IMG/VR virus record: IMGVR_UViG_3300009164_000039
DNA from: a virus
Length of the DNA stretch: 64,000 nt
Direction: 5' to 3' (one strand)
Part shown: one piece after another, positions 21,705 to 32,220 of the stretch
How positions within the stretch are numbered: position 1 is the stretch's first letter
Layout: the number at the start of each line of letters is the position of its first letter
The notes under the pieces: generated by a model
The model's database searches: none
The model's input: only the letters and a program-made list of their open reading frames with translations
Told to the model about the DNA's origin: nothing
Program-made: the position numbers and the translations under genes

Positions 21705-24491
21705 TTATTTGGCCTTCTTGAGATATTCGTATTCAGCGGCCAAGCGTGATTCTAGTTTCATTGTTTCCTCACGCATGCCCATTGGATTGTCGCCACCCTT
21801 GTAGTTGTGCTTGTATTGTGCTTTGGGACGATTCAAATCAGCGCCTTGTTGCATCTGTTGTTTGACTGTACCATACTCTGGCTTGGGTGATTGTACGCCT
21901 TGCGGCACTGCATTTACGTCAGTGTCGCCGTACTCTTCTTCAACTTCAACTTCTGCGCTGGGTGCCTCTTCGCCGCCTGCTGACATTGCAATCACACGTG
22001 GTGCAGAGTGTGGTTCAGACTGTCCACCAATGCCGGCCAATTTCAACAGTTGCATCAGCTTGTCTGCTTCTTGCCCAGTTGCAGTAACGTTAACACTCTT
22101 GTCGCCTTTGCTACTTAGGCTAGTGTTGATGTTCATAGAACTTTCAGGTTGAGTCATGCCACCCGAGATTGGTCCCATTTCGCCGCACTCGTCCAAGTCT
22201 TCTTTGTCGTCTTCCTTGTCAGCCACTGCTTTTTTCATTGGCTCTTTTTTATCGCCATCTTTGTCCATGTCTAAAAAGTCGGGCTTGCTTTCCATCATGC
22301 TGGCACTCCAGCACTCTGCAAAACCATGCTTGGCACACATGTCGCCTTCCGCAGTCATGTTGCACTCTGACTCGTCGGTGCCTTGACGCAACATCGCAAA
22401 GTCTTCGCTGTCTAGTTTGTTGTTGTGATTGCGATCTAGTTTCTTTTGACCGCCATGCAAGCCAGCAAGTCTTGCCAGCTCATCCAATTCCATGTCGCCT
22501 TCCATAGCAGGCATATTGGTTTCGCTTACTTCAACATCACCTTGTTGCAGGGCTTGATCAAAGTGATCAGCCACCCACTCGTATGGATCGCCGTCACGTG
22601 CTTTTTTAACACCGTATGGCATGTCGTCAAAGTAGTAGTCATACAATGCTTCAAACAAGTCATTGTCCATGTCACCACCTTGAGCAAACTCACGCACTTC
22701 TTTACCAAACTTACGAACAATAGCTTGCAGGCTGCTTTCGTTCAGTTGCTTGCCCGGTAAATCTTTTGTCTCTTTAACTTTATTAGCAACTGGATTCTTT
22801 TTCTTGAAGGACGGATAAGGTGCTGTCTGCGTGAATGCGTTGGAGGTTTTAGCTGGCTTCCACTTGTCGCCAATGGCTTTTTTCATCGGCTCTTCTTTGT
22901 CACCATCTTTGTCCATGTCCAAGAAGTCAGGCTTGCCTTCATAGATGGCTGCCATCTCTGCCAGTGTGTCTTCCACAAAGGTGGAGAGATTGATATGCTC
23001 TGCTACTTTCTTTGGACGACCACGACCACGTTTTGGTGCGTCGGGATCTTTCTTGGCATGAATACGTGGACGTCCACGTTTCTTTTCTCCGGTGCTGGAA
23101 GTTGATGAACCGTAGTCATCATCTTCTTCGTCACTGCCTTGATAGTCACTGCCGTAAGATCCTTTGTGGATCAAGCCAGTCTTGGTCTGGATTGTTTGTC
23201 CTTCTTTCATGCCTAGTCGTTCCTTGGCTTTGGCCAAGCCTGCCGAACCTGTTGGGCTTTTGCTTGCTTCGTCATCTAGGTCTTTGGTAGAAACTTTCCA
23301 GTCGCCGCCTTTGGCTTTGCGTTGGAATGCAGGAACATCACTCTTGTTAGGAGAGTCTTTGTACTCACCTTCTTGAACTTCTTCGCCGCTGTCTTTGCTC
23401 TGCATGTAGTCACGTGCTGTGTCTAGGTAGTCAACTGCTTTTGTAATTTTTGCTTGTACCCACTCTGGCAAGTTCTCATCTGCGTCAAGGATACTGCGTA
23501 GTTCTTCTGCGGCGTCTTCTGCTGTTTCAAGATCTTGGTCAGCCATTTCGCCTTCGCGGTCATACTCGCCTTGATCAGTGATGTCGTCATAGCCTTCGTT
23601 GGTCTTCTTGGCGTCTTTAGCAGCCTTCTTCATTGGCTCTTTCTTGTTGCCATCCTTGTCAAGGTCAACGTAGTCTGGCTTGGACAGCATGTCTTCATCC
23701 ATATCGGCTTCACCCAAGTGACCAAATTGTACATCATCTGTGTTGGTGAATCGTGTGTTCTTCAAGCGTGGCGGTAATTCTGCATTGAAAACGATATATT
23801 TTAATTCATCTTCTGTTGGGTTTACTTGTTCGAGGTCATTCACTAGATCGCCCATGGCATCATTGTCCCACATGTCATTACCGTACATTGCGGCAATGGC
23901 ATGATATATCAGCATCTCTGGACCGTCATCTTGTACAGCATCTAGTGCGTCCTGGAGACGTCTTTTGCCGCCGCGCTTTGATGAGGATTCTTCCATGGTA
24001 TCAGTTGAAGTCCGTGCAGTAGGTGGCGTCCAAGTTTTCTTCTTTGCTGCCGCGGTACGTTGAGCTTCAAGATCATCTAGTTCTTTTGCTCTCTTGGCAT
24101 GCATTGCCGCATACTCTTGATCAGGATTCTTGATTAATTCTTGTGCGGCACGAGCCCACTCGGCTCGCTTTGCGGCAGCGGCAGCGCGAGCATCCATTGG
24201 CTCTTCTTCTAGTTGCCCAGCCTTCTTCATTTTCTGAAACTGTGCGCCAGCAATCCGCTCACCTTTTTCACCGCCGCCGGCTTTCTTGGCCAATGCCTTG
24301 AAGCCTGTGGTAGCATTGTTGTGCTTGCCCATATCTTTTTCAGCAACATAGCTTTCGCTCAGTCGTTGAACAAGATCTTTCTTGAATGTACTAGAATTGT
24401 CTTCTGTCACTGGCTGTTTGGCAGTGGGTGCTTTAGGCTCAAGTGAATTCAGCTTGCCTAAGATGCTGTAAATGTCGTTGTGCTTGCTCAT
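21705..24491 (-). CDS. Large charged low-complexity protein (928 aa), candidate internal head protein
   Basis: Glu/Asp/Lys-rich; three KPD[FY][LV]D[ML]DKDG[DN]K[KE]EPMKKA repeats. Confidence 0.7.
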   Translation of the reverse strand: MSKHNDIYSILGKLNSLEPKAPTAKQPVTEDNSSTFKKDLVQRLSESYVAEKDMGKHNNATTGFKALAKKAGGGEKGERIAGAQFQKMKKAGQLEEEPMDARAAAAAKRAEWARAAQELIKNPDQEYAAMHAKRAKELDDLEAQRTAAAKKKTWTPPTARTSTDTMEESSSKRGGKRRLQDALDAVQDDGPEMLIYHAIAAMYGNDMWDNDAMGDLVNDLEQVNPTEDELKYIVFNAELPPRLKNTRFTNTDDVQFGHLGEADMDEDMLSKPDYVDLDKDGNKKEPMKKAAKDAKKTNEGYDDITDQGEYDREGEMADQDLETAEDAAEELRSILDADENLPEWVQAKITKAVDYLDTARDYMQSKDSGEEVQEGEYKDSPNKSDVPAFQRKAKGGDWKVSTKDLDDEASKSPTGSAGLAKAKERLGMKEGQTIQTKTGLIHKGSYGSDYQGSDEEDDDYGSSTSSTGEKKRGRPRIHAKKDPDAPKRGRGRPKKVAEHINLSTFVEDTLAEMAAIYEGKPDFLDMDKDGDKEEPMKKAIGDKWKPAKTSNAFTQTAPYPSFKKKNPVANKVKETKDLPGKQLNESSLQAIVRKFGKEVREFAQGGDMDNDLFEALYDYYFDDMPYGVKKARDGDPYEWVADHFDQALQQGDVEVSETNMPAMEGDMELDELARLAGLHGGQKKLDRNHNNKLDSEDFAMLRQGTDESECNMTAEGDMCAKHGFAECWSASMMESKPDFLDMDKDGDKKEPMKKAVADKEDDKEDLDECGEMGPISGGMTQPESSMNINTSLSSKGDKSVNVTATGQEADKLMQLLKLAGIGGQSEPHSAPRVIAMSAGGEEAPSAEVEVEEEYGDTDVNAVPQGVQSPKPEYGTVKQQMQQGADLNRPKAQYKHNYKGGDNPMGMREETMKLESRLAAEYEYLKKAK

Positions 24492-24492
24492 A

Positions 24493-25068
24493 TTATTTTC
24501 CTCTTGCGCCTTGTAATTTATTCTTGTTGCTGCCTACTGGGCTGGTAGTGCCCTGTGGCAAATCGTTTGTGGACTTGCTGTCTGTCTTTTCTTTTGCCGC
24601 AAACTCATGCTTGGTTGTTTCAAGACTCTTCAAGAAACTCATCACATGCTTGTCGCCAACTTGGTCTTGCGAATTCTTAACATCGTCCACTAGGTCTGTG
24701 TTGGCCAGCAATGGTTCGCCTGGCTCATGCACAATAGCACCTTCGTTGTCGTTGTTGGGGTCAATCACCATAATGTTACCCAGTGGAATACCTGTGCTGT
24801 TGTGAATGTTCTGCGCAATCATTGGAGGATTGGCAGGATAGTTTGTTTTGATATCAAAAACATGACGCTCAACTGCGCCAAGTTTATGGAATTCGTTTGT
24901 GTGTGCGATAGGCAAACGCTTGGGTTTGCTAATGTCTGCTAGATCGTATGCAGTTAGTCCTTGCTCAATGTGGTCTAGCATGTCTTTGTCTAGATCGCAT
25001 CCGGCAACTTTGACACGGAATCCATACTGTCTATGGCTTTCTGTCAAATATTCAGTAAAAGATTTCAT
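24493..25068 (-). CDS. Hypothetical protein with T4 CTS-like N-terminus (MKSFTEYLTE)
   Basis: 191-aa ORF; N-terminus resembles the T4 internal-protein capsid targeting sequence MKTYQEFIAE. Confidence 0.7.
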   Translation of the reverse strand: MKSFTEYLTESHRQYGFRVKVAGCDLDKDMLDHIEQGLTAYDLADISKPKRLPIAHTNEFHKLGAVERHVFDIKTNYPANPPMIAQNIHNSTGIPLGNIMVIDPNNDNEGAIVHEPGEPLLANTDLVDDVKNSQDQVGDKHVMSFLKSLETTKHEFAAKEKTDSKSTNDLPQGTTSPVGSNKNKLQGARGK

Positions 25069-25101
25069 GTGAAAATTCCTATTATTTGATATTTATTCTT
25101 T

Positions 25102-25578
25102 TTAATCATTTTTTTTGCCAAGGATACTGCGGAGCAATTCATTTCTATCAATTATCATGCCTTGCCCTTGTATGGCTGATTCTTCAGGCGGAGCATCCTT
25201 TTTGGCCACTTGATCCAGTCTAGCTTTCTTCAGCTGTAGATCAACCATGCGTAGTTTTTTGTCTAGCTTGGCTTGTTTGGCTGTGATAGCATGACCCAGT
25301 AGCATGCCGGCTGTTTGAAAGATCACACCAGAGTAGCGTGGTTCTACATTCATGCCCAGATCCATTAGGTCTTCAAACTTGTCCTGTGCCAGTTTGGCCA
25401 GCTCGTCCATTTCGCTATCTGCTGTTTCCAAGTCCCGCACTGTGGGTAGTGCGGCATCGATCTTGTCTATAGCATCGTCTATAGCAAGTATAGTATCTTT
25501 GTGCTCACTAATTGTTTCTGCTGGATCACCTTGTTGAGCGTCTGGAAGATCAAACAGTTGTTCGAGTTTTTTAGTCAT
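25102..25578 (-). CDS. Possible terminase small subunit
   Basis: Helical 158 aa with a C-terminal IIDRNELLR segment reminiscent of gp16-family tails. Confidence 0.45.
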   Translation of the reverse strand: MTKKLEQLFDLPDAQQGDPAETISEHKDTILAIDDAIDKIDAALPTVRDLETADSEMDELAKLAQDKFEDLMDLGMNVEPRYSGVIFQTAGMLLGHAITAKQAKLDKKLRMVDLQLKKARLDQVAKKDAPPEESAIQGQGMIIDRNELLRSILGKKND

Positions 25579-25585
25579 ACCATAT

Positions 25586-26020
25586 TTACCGAGCTTTTCC
25601 CTGGTGGAAAATCATATCCTCGGTAACTATGCGAAAGGTTAAGCCTTGATTCCTGCACCAGGCCCTGGCGGCTTCCCATTTGGCTGCATTCAGCGCCACA
25701 AAGGCTTGATCACGCAGGCTTTTTGCGCCTTCCATGCTGACTTCCTTGCTGGGTTTGACTTCTATTACTTCTGCATGCTTCTGGCCGTTTTTGTCTTCGT
25801 ACACAATCAAAAAGTCCGGAACGTAGATAGTGTTCTTGTTGGTAAAGGGATTGCGGTAAGGTATGTGTACTGCTTCACTGGCCCATTGTATCACCCTGGG
25901 ATTGTTGTCACAAAACTGCATGAATACAAATTCCCATCCTGAACGATATGTGGGTGTTTTGTTGCCCACATACTTTGACGGATTCTTTATCTGGAATTTG
26001 CCCTGGGCATACTTGCTCAT
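25586..26020 (-). CDS. gp4: Head completion nuclease (T4 gp4-like, TnsA/PD-(D/E)xK fold)
   Basis: YRSGWE..FM.FCDNNP.V.QWASE, YVPDF, EVKP, AKWEAA. Confidence 0.9.
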   Translation of the reverse strand: MSKYAQGKFQIKNPSKYVGNKTPTYRSGWEFVFMQFCDNNPRVIQWASEAVHIPYRNPFTNKNTIYVPDFLIVYEDKNGQKHAEVIEVKPSKEVSMEGAKSLRDQAFVALNAAKWEAARAWCRNQGLTFRIVTEDMIFHQGKAR

Positions 26021-26397
26021 ATCATTATGGTGCGTTTGACGTAGTTGGATGTGATAGGTTGATTGTTTAGTCCAAGCAAACTTGTGCCCACTCTATTGAG
26101 ATTCAGGAACATGGCCAAATAAGTGTTGAGTTCACCACGGCCAACTTTTTTAAGTTCAGCCAGTGTGCTCATTGGATTGATGTTTTGTGCCAAGCTGGTT
26201 AGTATCACACTGGTTGCAAGAATTTTAGCACTGGCTTGATTGCCGGTGTACTGATCAAAAAATGCAATGACACTATCGTTGACGTTGGTCGCTATGTTGA
26301 GGTCCTTGACAAAAAAATTATTAAAGTATTTGGTAGACGATAGTTGTGGGTCCAGTGGACTTAGGTTTACTGGTTCTAGGTTGCTGGGATTACTCAT
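26017..26397 (-). CDS. Hypothetical protein (126 aa)
   Basis: Operon-coupled ORF. Confidence 0.7.
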   Translation of the reverse strand: MSNPSNLEPVNLSPLDPQLSSTKYFNNFFVKDLNIATNVNDSVIAFFDQYTGNQASAKILATSVILTSLAQNINPMSTLAELKKVGRGELNTYLAMFLNLNRVGTSLLGLNNQPITSNYVKRTIMI

Positions 26398-27785
26398 GCA
26401 AAATTGTCTCCAAAGTCAGGTTTGTTTTGATTTGATGCTAGTTTTGCTTCATAATCATAGTTGATGTTTGCATACTCTTTGCCAGCAACATCGGTGTATT
26501 TTGGATTGGCAAATATTCCAGCCTTGGCTTGCTCAACAGAAGATGGTATTGCTGGCCATTGACGTTTCCAGTTGTCAGGTGCTTGATAATGTGTGTCTAC
26601 CACACTGCCACCATTGCTGGTTATAGCACGGCTGGTTGTTGGTGCGGCAGCTTGGTCTCGTGTGGCACCCGGAAGGAACTTAGAGGCAGCTATACCAAGT
26701 CCAGCCAGCAATGCCACACTGGACCCTCCGGTGCCGCGGCCAATGCCACCACCACCTGCTATGCTACTAAACACACCGTCTACACCTTTGGATATTCCGC
26801 CAATCAAATCACTCACGCCAGGCACTGCAATACGGCTGCTGGGATTTTGACCTCGAAGTATGCCTGTACCAATGCTTTTGAGTTCATCAATTGCCAGTCC
26901 TTTAAGGTTTGTGTTTTTGTTTGCTTGTATGGCACGACCGCCTTTGAATATGGCGCCTAAGATATTGCCATCCTTGAGATCTTGTGTGATATCTGTTGCC
27001 GCGTCAAGTATGCCGCCTGGACCAAGGATACTTTGTGTGCCACCACCTGCGGGAGTAAGAGGACTAGGGTTCAGATCATAATGCAGTGTCATGTCACCAA
27101 AGTTGTTGGGAGTGACAAATCCCTTGGAGTAGTTCACAGTTTCAAACTGCACACTCATGTCGTGTTCCATCAAGCTAGTGCCGTCATGTGCATGACTACC
27201 GTGTTTGAATGATGTGATAATGGGGTTTTGCAATGTATAGCAACTGAATCGTTTTTGGTGGAAACTAAAAATATCAATTGCTTTGATCATTTGGTTGTCG
27301 TCATCAAAGTACTTGCCCGACAGCGGAGTATAACCCCAGTCCTGTGTCATTCGTGGTTGATACTTGTGGCTTGCACCATAAAGTGCATCAGTATAATCAC
27401 TGTCACGATAGTAGTAGCTGTAGTAGTCATACCAAAATTCTCTAATGATGTCAGACGAATCATCGTGAAACTTGAGATTGATTGGATCGTATTTTAATTT
27501 TGACTGCACTAGGTTTGGACGATTGTAGGCATTGAAGTTTTTTACCTCTACCGAGTACTTGGGCAGATCAACTGTTTTTGCTAGAACACCTATCTCTAGT
27601 TGCCTATCTTTAGGAAGCCTAGTTAGGTTTGAGTTCAGCGTAATGCGAACAAAAAACAGAAACTGATACTTGGGGCTTAGTTCATAGTTGTTGGTTGTGA
27701 ACAACTGACTGGCGTGACGAAAGTCCCGCAACTGTGGTCCCGTAAAAGCTTCAGAAAGAAATTGGTCTAGCATTCCCATTGGCAA
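26394..27785 (-). CDS. Tail-tube-family baseplate protein (gp54/gp19-like)
   Basis: LAKTVDLPKYSV, YDPINLKFHDD, MSVQFETVNY resemble the tail-tube fold; adjacent to the tube gene. Confidence 0.55.
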   Translation of the reverse strand: MPMGMLDQFLSEAFTGPQLRDFRHASQLFTTNNYELSPKYQFLFFVRITLNSNLTRLPKDRQLEIGVLAKTVDLPKYSVEVKNFNAYNRPNLVQSKLKYDPINLKFHDDSSDIIREFWYDYYSYYYRDSDYTDALYGASHKYQPRMTQDWGYTPLSGKYFDDDNQMIKAIDIFSFHQKRFSCYTLQNPIITSFKHGSHAHDGTSLMEHDMSVQFETVNYSKGFVTPNNFGDMTLHYDLNPSPLTPAGGGTQSILGPGGILDAATDITQDLKDGNILGAIFKGGRAIQANKNTNLKGLAIDELKSIGTGILRGQNPSSRIAVPGVSDLIGGISKGVDGVFSSIAGGGGIGRGTGGSSVALLAGLGIAASKFLPGATRDQAAAPTTSRAITSNGGSVVDTHYQAPDNWKRQWPAIPSSVEQAKAGIFANPKYTDVAGKEYANINYDYEAKLASNQNKPDFGDNFA

Positions 27786-27810
27786 GTGTCCTATATTAGA
27801 TATTTAGTCC

Positions 27811-27838
27811 AAAAAAAAGCCCGGGGTTAGCCGGGCTT
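27811..27838 (-). terminator. Intrinsic terminator after the tail tube gene
   Basis: aagcccgg/ccgggctt hairpin plus T tract. Confidence 0.85.
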
Positions 27839-27858
27839 GAACTTGCCGTCTGACTTGA

Positions 27859-28494
27859 TTAGCCAGTGATAATACGTGCGCCTTTTGCCAAGGAACCAGC
27901 AATACGTTCTCCAACGTATGTACCAATCCCTGTGCCGCCTGCTACTTGCAGTGCGTTATCATAGCGTACTGTTAGTGCAATTTTAACTGCTTCTGCGTTG
28001 GCATAATTCATCTCACCGTATGCTACTTGTTGCAAGAAACAACCGTACATTTCCCAAGTTTCAAGAATGCCTGCTTCGGCACCTTGTGACCCATCTAGTA
28101 CTTCTAGCTTGGTGATAAACTTATAGTCAATACCAGCGGCTGCTGATGCTTGTTCCATAAAGTCAAATTGTTTCTGAACTTGTTGACTTACCAAACGACT
28201 AACTTCGTTGCCGGCATCATCACGTAGGTTGATTGTGATATCAGTCCAGTCTGGTTTGCCTAGCAATTTAACTTTGCTGTTGTAGACATCGATGTTCAAG
28301 TCCCCGAAAGAAACTTGAGGGCGAGTGCAGTCCATCACTTGTTTAGTGAGTTCTGTTGTGGTTGGGTTAACACCAAAGTTACTAAATGTTACACGGAATC
28401 TGTAACCTAGTTTTGGCATCAACAGACCTTGATTAGACGCACTTTGATTAGTGGCCAACGGTACTGTGAATTTTGTTAGTGACGAGACTGCCAT
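27859..28494 (-). CDS. gp19: Tail tube protein
   Basis: PKLGYRFRV, GKPDWTDITINLRDD, WEMYGCF, LTVRYDNA; follows the sheath gene. Confidence 0.88.
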   Translation of the reverse strand: MAVSSLTKFTVPLATNQSASNQGLLMPKLGYRFRVTFSNFGVNPTTTELTKQVMDCTRPQVSFGDLNIDVYNSKVKLLGKPDWTDITINLRDDAGNEVSRLVSQQVQKQFDFMEQASAAAGIDYKFITKLEVLDGSQGAEAGILETWEMYGCFLQQVAYGEMNYANAEAVKIALTVRYDNALQVAGGTGIGTYVGERIAGSLAKGARIITG

Positions 28495-28572
28495 TATATT
28501 CTCCTATTACTCATATTTATCGCAAATTGGTTTCAGAATGGAACGGACTAGCCGTTCCATTAACTGACACTA

Positions 28573-31500
28573 TTATTTGCCGCCTCCTGCGATTGCGCCA
28601 GGATTCTTCAAGCGGATTGGAATGTAGATGAACTCAACGTCTTTCATTGGTTCAATTGCAATGTCTACATACAATTCGTTTCTAGCAATTCTAGCTGGTG
28701 TGTTGTTGCTGTCATCGCAAACCACTAGGTAGTCGTATACACCACGCTTGGCAACCAGGTCGTTCATTGCGCCATCAATGATGGCTTTGATCTGATCACG
28801 TGTGATCTTGTCATTTGGTTCAAACAAGAAGCTGTTTGAAATACCTGACAGGATTGTACGGATGTAGTTTACCAAGCGACTTACGTTCACACGATCAGTT
28901 GCTTGTGGAATTGGACTACGTGTTTTCTGACCAAACACTGCCAACCCAACACCTGGTAAGTTAGTGATAGGATTGATACGGTTCAAGTACAGTGTATCAC
29001 GCAATGCGTTGTTAACACCATTCTTGATAAACAAGCCGGTGCTACGATCCAGGTAACCAACTGCTGTTGCATTGTCAACCAAACCACGACGTGCGCCTGC
29101 TGGAGCAAACCATGAATAGCTCACATTGTCATTGTACAAGAATGTACGCAATGCCATGTGACTTGCAGGCATAACAATTTCTGTGCCGTCAAGCGCATTG
29201 GTCAAACAAGCTGGATAGTACAAAGCTGTGTTAACGTCTGCTGTTGTTGCAACATTGTTGCTCCAATCAATGATATTGGTGCTGTTAGCTGCCAAGTCAA
29301 TTGGTGTGTCGCCCACAACAAAAGCTGTCTCTGAACGATCAACGTTCAATTGTTTCATGCCTGACAGCAACTCAGGATAACCTGGGCAAGCAATCAAGTT
29401 GAATGAGAATTGGCTTTCACGAATTCGTGTGTTGCTGGAAATTGCGGCTCTTAGAGCGGCAACAACCATTGCACGTTGAGCTTTGTGGCCCATGTATGGT
29501 GTACCGTTGGCCGCATTGCCACTTGCATTGACCCATGTGCTTGGCTCTGCTGGCAATGAATCGTTTGGATAGTTGTCATCTGTAAACTTAGCGCCAACAT
29601 ATTGTTTCACGTTACCGCCTGAGCGGCGTGTGTTAAACAACAGTGTACCACGTGGGTACAATTGGTAACTCGGGCAATCCAAGTCTTGATAATCGCTTAC
29701 TAGTAGTTCAGCAATGGTTGGTAAGGTACCGCTGATTGGATCGCTTGTACCGTCAGTGTCCCAACGTGCGTCTGCAAACACAATACCATTTTGGCTAGTG
29801 CGATCAGTGTTGCTGATCTTGACCCAGGTTGTTCCGCTGTAACGATAAATTACTGGGAAGTTTTCTAAGTCACTGCTGTCAATCCACAAGTCGCCGCCTA
29901 CCAATGGGTCGCCGCTAACTTGAGTAGTTGGCTTGCTGGCTGTGATAATTGGACCTGTTGGATCTGTGTTGGTTAGGTCATATCCGCGAGCGTCTGCGCT
30001 GACGTTACGATAACCTTTCCATCCTGCTGTGTCTGCAACCATGATGTCAACGTCAAGCATGTCGCTGTAGTACCAGTATGTGCCGTCTGCTGGTTCAGCA
30101 TATGGCTCGCTGGTGCTGTAGGTATAGCTTGCAACACCCCAGTTAGAAGCTACTAGATTAGAAGTAACCGGGTCAACAATAATGCCTGAAGTTGCGCTAG
30201 TGAAACCGCCATCAGCAAGTGCTGTGCCGCCACCCACTTCTGCCAGTTCAATCTCACCACCAGTGCGGTGTGTAAAGCTGATGTTGCCAGAGCTTTCAAC
30301 TTGGCAAGAGAAGTTAGGAATACCTTTGCTCAATACTTTTGCAACAAATCCGTTAACGGTGGTAGCATCAAGTGTAACAGTGTATGTAGTCTTTGTTGAT
30401 GTGCCTGGCTGTGTCACTGTGATAGTAAATGAGTCAGACACAGTAAACGATCCTGGTGTTGATCCAGTTGTCTTTGTAACGCCGTCACGCACACGCTTGT
30501 AAACTTTGAATGATGCTGGATACTGTGCTGGATTCAATGTACCATAATCAAGGAACAATGTATTCTTAGCAATACCAAACCCACCGCCACCTACGTCTAA
30601 TGCATAGATTGCACTTGCACGATCAGCGTACAACGGAGCGGCTGAGTCAGCAAAAGCGTCAGTTGTTGCGTTGTATGTTTTGAATGTCCAGTTAGCGCCT
30701 GCACCTAGTACAGATGTTTTAACCCAGATAGAACCAGTTGGACGTGGAGTTACATCAGTAGAGTTCCATGCAGGAGCGGCTGTGTAGCTGCCAAAATGCA
30801 ATTCTGGCAATGCGTAAGTTCCAGCAGTAAGACCCAACTCTGACAAGCCAGGATCGTCGCCTTCGGCTAGTGTAATTTGACCATCAGCATTTGTGCCATC
30901 GCTTGCAGATGTGCTGTCTGCGTACAGTACCAAACGACCTGCAACCAATGCGGCTGTTACGCCATCAATGGCAGCGGCATTAATACGTGTTACCACATCA
31001 GCTGCCGCTGTGATACTAGTCATTGTGACTTGTGTTGTGTTGATACGAATTTGAATATTGCTGGTTACCACTGGCAAAGTTGCAATAGAACTTTGTACAG
31101 ATGCCCATGAAGTGGCCCAATCGTCAGTACCAACTGCTACCCAAGTGTTGGCAGCATTTTTGTAGAATACAGGATTGTTTGCGTCTTTCAACACAATAGC
31201 GTAATCGCCGATCAAACCAATTGAGCTAATTGGACGGCGAACGCCGCTTGCCAATGTTGTGTCTTCGGTTGCAGTAACAAGGATAGGAGTCTTGCCAGTA
31301 AATGTACGAGTAGACTGATCCCATTCAAAAATACCAAACTTACTGCCAGACAAGTCTAGCCAAATTGTGCTGTCAGGTACTGCACCTTTAGGGCGCACAC
31401 TAGTACCAACCAGTTGGTTCATATCAATGTCTGCACGAAGTGCATATACGCTGTTACCAAGTCCAAGAACTGAGTACGCTGTATGCAAACCGTATTCATT

Positions 31501-31764
31501 TAGCTCATCGCCATGAATAGCAGTGCCTGCGCTCTTCTTGAATGTTGGGTAGCCAAATGCGTTGATAAGTTCGCGCTGACTGCCGTATGCGTTTAATGTG
31601 TTAGCATTAATTTTTGTAGTACCAGACGCCACGTCCCCGGAAGGATTGAGTTTGTCTTGTGCTGTTGCGAAGATGACAAGTGGAACGGTACCAGTACCAG
31701 CTGGGACGTATTGACTTTCATCTGAAACGGTTATACTTAAACCGGGAGAAACTAGAGTTGCCAT
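28573..31764 (-). CDS. gp18: Tail sheath protein (1063 aa, with inserted domains)
   Basis: LVSPGLSITVSDES, WFAPAG.RRG, LY.NRINPI, DRVNVSRL, NNTPARIARNELY.DI.IEP.K..EFIYI. Confidence 0.95.
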   Translation of the reverse strand: MATLVSPGLSITVSDESQYVPAGTGTVPLVIFATAQDKLNPSGDVASGTTKINANTLNAYGSQRELINAFGYPTFKKSAGTAIHGDELNEYGLHTAYSVLGLGNSVYALRADIDMNQLVGTSVRPKGAVPDSTIWLDLSGSKFGIFEWDQSTRTFTGKTPILVTATEDTTLASGVRRPISSIGLIGDYAIVLKDANNPVFYKNAANTWVAVGTDDWATSWASVQSSIATLPVVTSNIQIRINTTQVTMTSITAAADVVTRINAAAIDGVTAALVAGRLVLYADSTSASDGTNADGQITLAEGDDPGLSELGLTAGTYALPELHFGSYTAAPAWNSTDVTPRPTGSIWVKTSVLGAGANWTFKTYNATTDAFADSAAPLYADRASAIYALDVGGGGFGIAKNTLFLDYGTLNPAQYPASFKVYKRVRDGVTKTTGSTPGSFTVSDSFTITVTQPGTSTKTTYTVTLDATTVNGFVAKVLSKGIPNFSCQVESSGNISFTHRTGGEIELAEVGGGTALADGGFTSATSGIIVDPVTSNLVASNWGVASYTYSTSEPYAEPADGTYWYYSDMLDVDIMVADTAGWKGYRNVSADARGYDLTNTDPTGPIITASKPTTQVSGDPLVGGDLWIDSSDLENFPVIYRYSGTTWVKISNTDRTSQNGIVFADARWDTDGTSDPISGTLPTIAELLVSDYQDLDCPSYQLYPRGTLLFNTRRSGGNVKQYVGAKFTDDNYPNDSLPAEPSTWVNASGNAANGTPYMGHKAQRAMVVAALRAAISSNTRIRESQFSFNLIACPGYPELLSGMKQLNVDRSETAFVVGDTPIDLAANSTNIIDWSNNVATTADVNTALYYPACLTNALDGTEIVMPASHMALRTFLYNDNVSYSWFAPAGARRGLVDNATAVGYLDRSTGLFIKNGVNNALRDTLYLNRINPITNLPGVGLAVFGQKTRSPIPQATDRVNVSRLVNYIRTILSGISNSFLFEPNDKITRDQIKAIIDGAMNDLVAKRGVYDYLVVCDDSNNTPARIARNELYVDIAIEPMKDVEFIYIPIRLKNPGAIAGGGK

Positions 31765-31854
31765 GGTTAATTTCCTTTAACGAAACATGTTAAAGTTATT
31801 TACCGGGAACTTGCTTTTTCGGGCTTGTTGAGGTGCCTTTATAAAGGTCAGGCG

Positions 31855-31862
31855 TATAAATA
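31855..31862 (+). promoter_or_regulatory. T4-type late promoter TATAAATA
   Basis: Exact gp55 consensus, 4 nt upstream of ATG 31867. Confidence 0.65.
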
Positions 31863-31866
31863 CTCC

Positions 31867-32220
31867 ATGCAATCTAGAAAAATATGTTTAACGTGCCATA
31901 GCAGACCAGTGGCAATCAATTATTTACGCAAAGAGAAGATTTATTACCGTAAACTGTGTAGCCACTGCTTGCGCAAAGGTAAGCGGGCCAAAGCAAATCC
32001 ACCACTATGGTTCAAGAGTGGCTATAGGAAAAAAGAAACTTGCGAGGTTTGCAAGTTCAAAGCACCGTTTCCAAAAGAGCAACTGACTGTGTGCCACATT
32101 GATGGCGACTTGAAAAACATCAGTTGGGTCAACTTGAAAACAGTGTGCTTGAACTGCTTGTGTACTATTTCTAAATCTAAGCTGTCGTGGAAGCCTGGGG
32201 AGCTCGAGCCAGATCTTTGA
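31867..32220 (+). CDS. Zn-finger/HNH-like hypothetical protein
   Basis: CxxC pairs, CEVCKF...LTVCHIDGDLKN..W.NLKTVCLNC; start set after the late promoter. Confidence 0.7.
   Translation: MQSRKICLTCHSRPVAINYLRKEKIYYRKLCSHCLRKGKRAKANPPLWFKSGYRKKETCEVCKFKAPFPKEQLTVCHIDGDLKNISWVNLKTVCLNCLCTISKSKLSWKPGELEPDL

Noticed and set aside
28537-28561. Hairpin after the tail sheath gene as a terminator
   Set aside because: It has a perfect 10-bp stem but no U tract on the coding strand; more likely an mRNA stability or processing stem.
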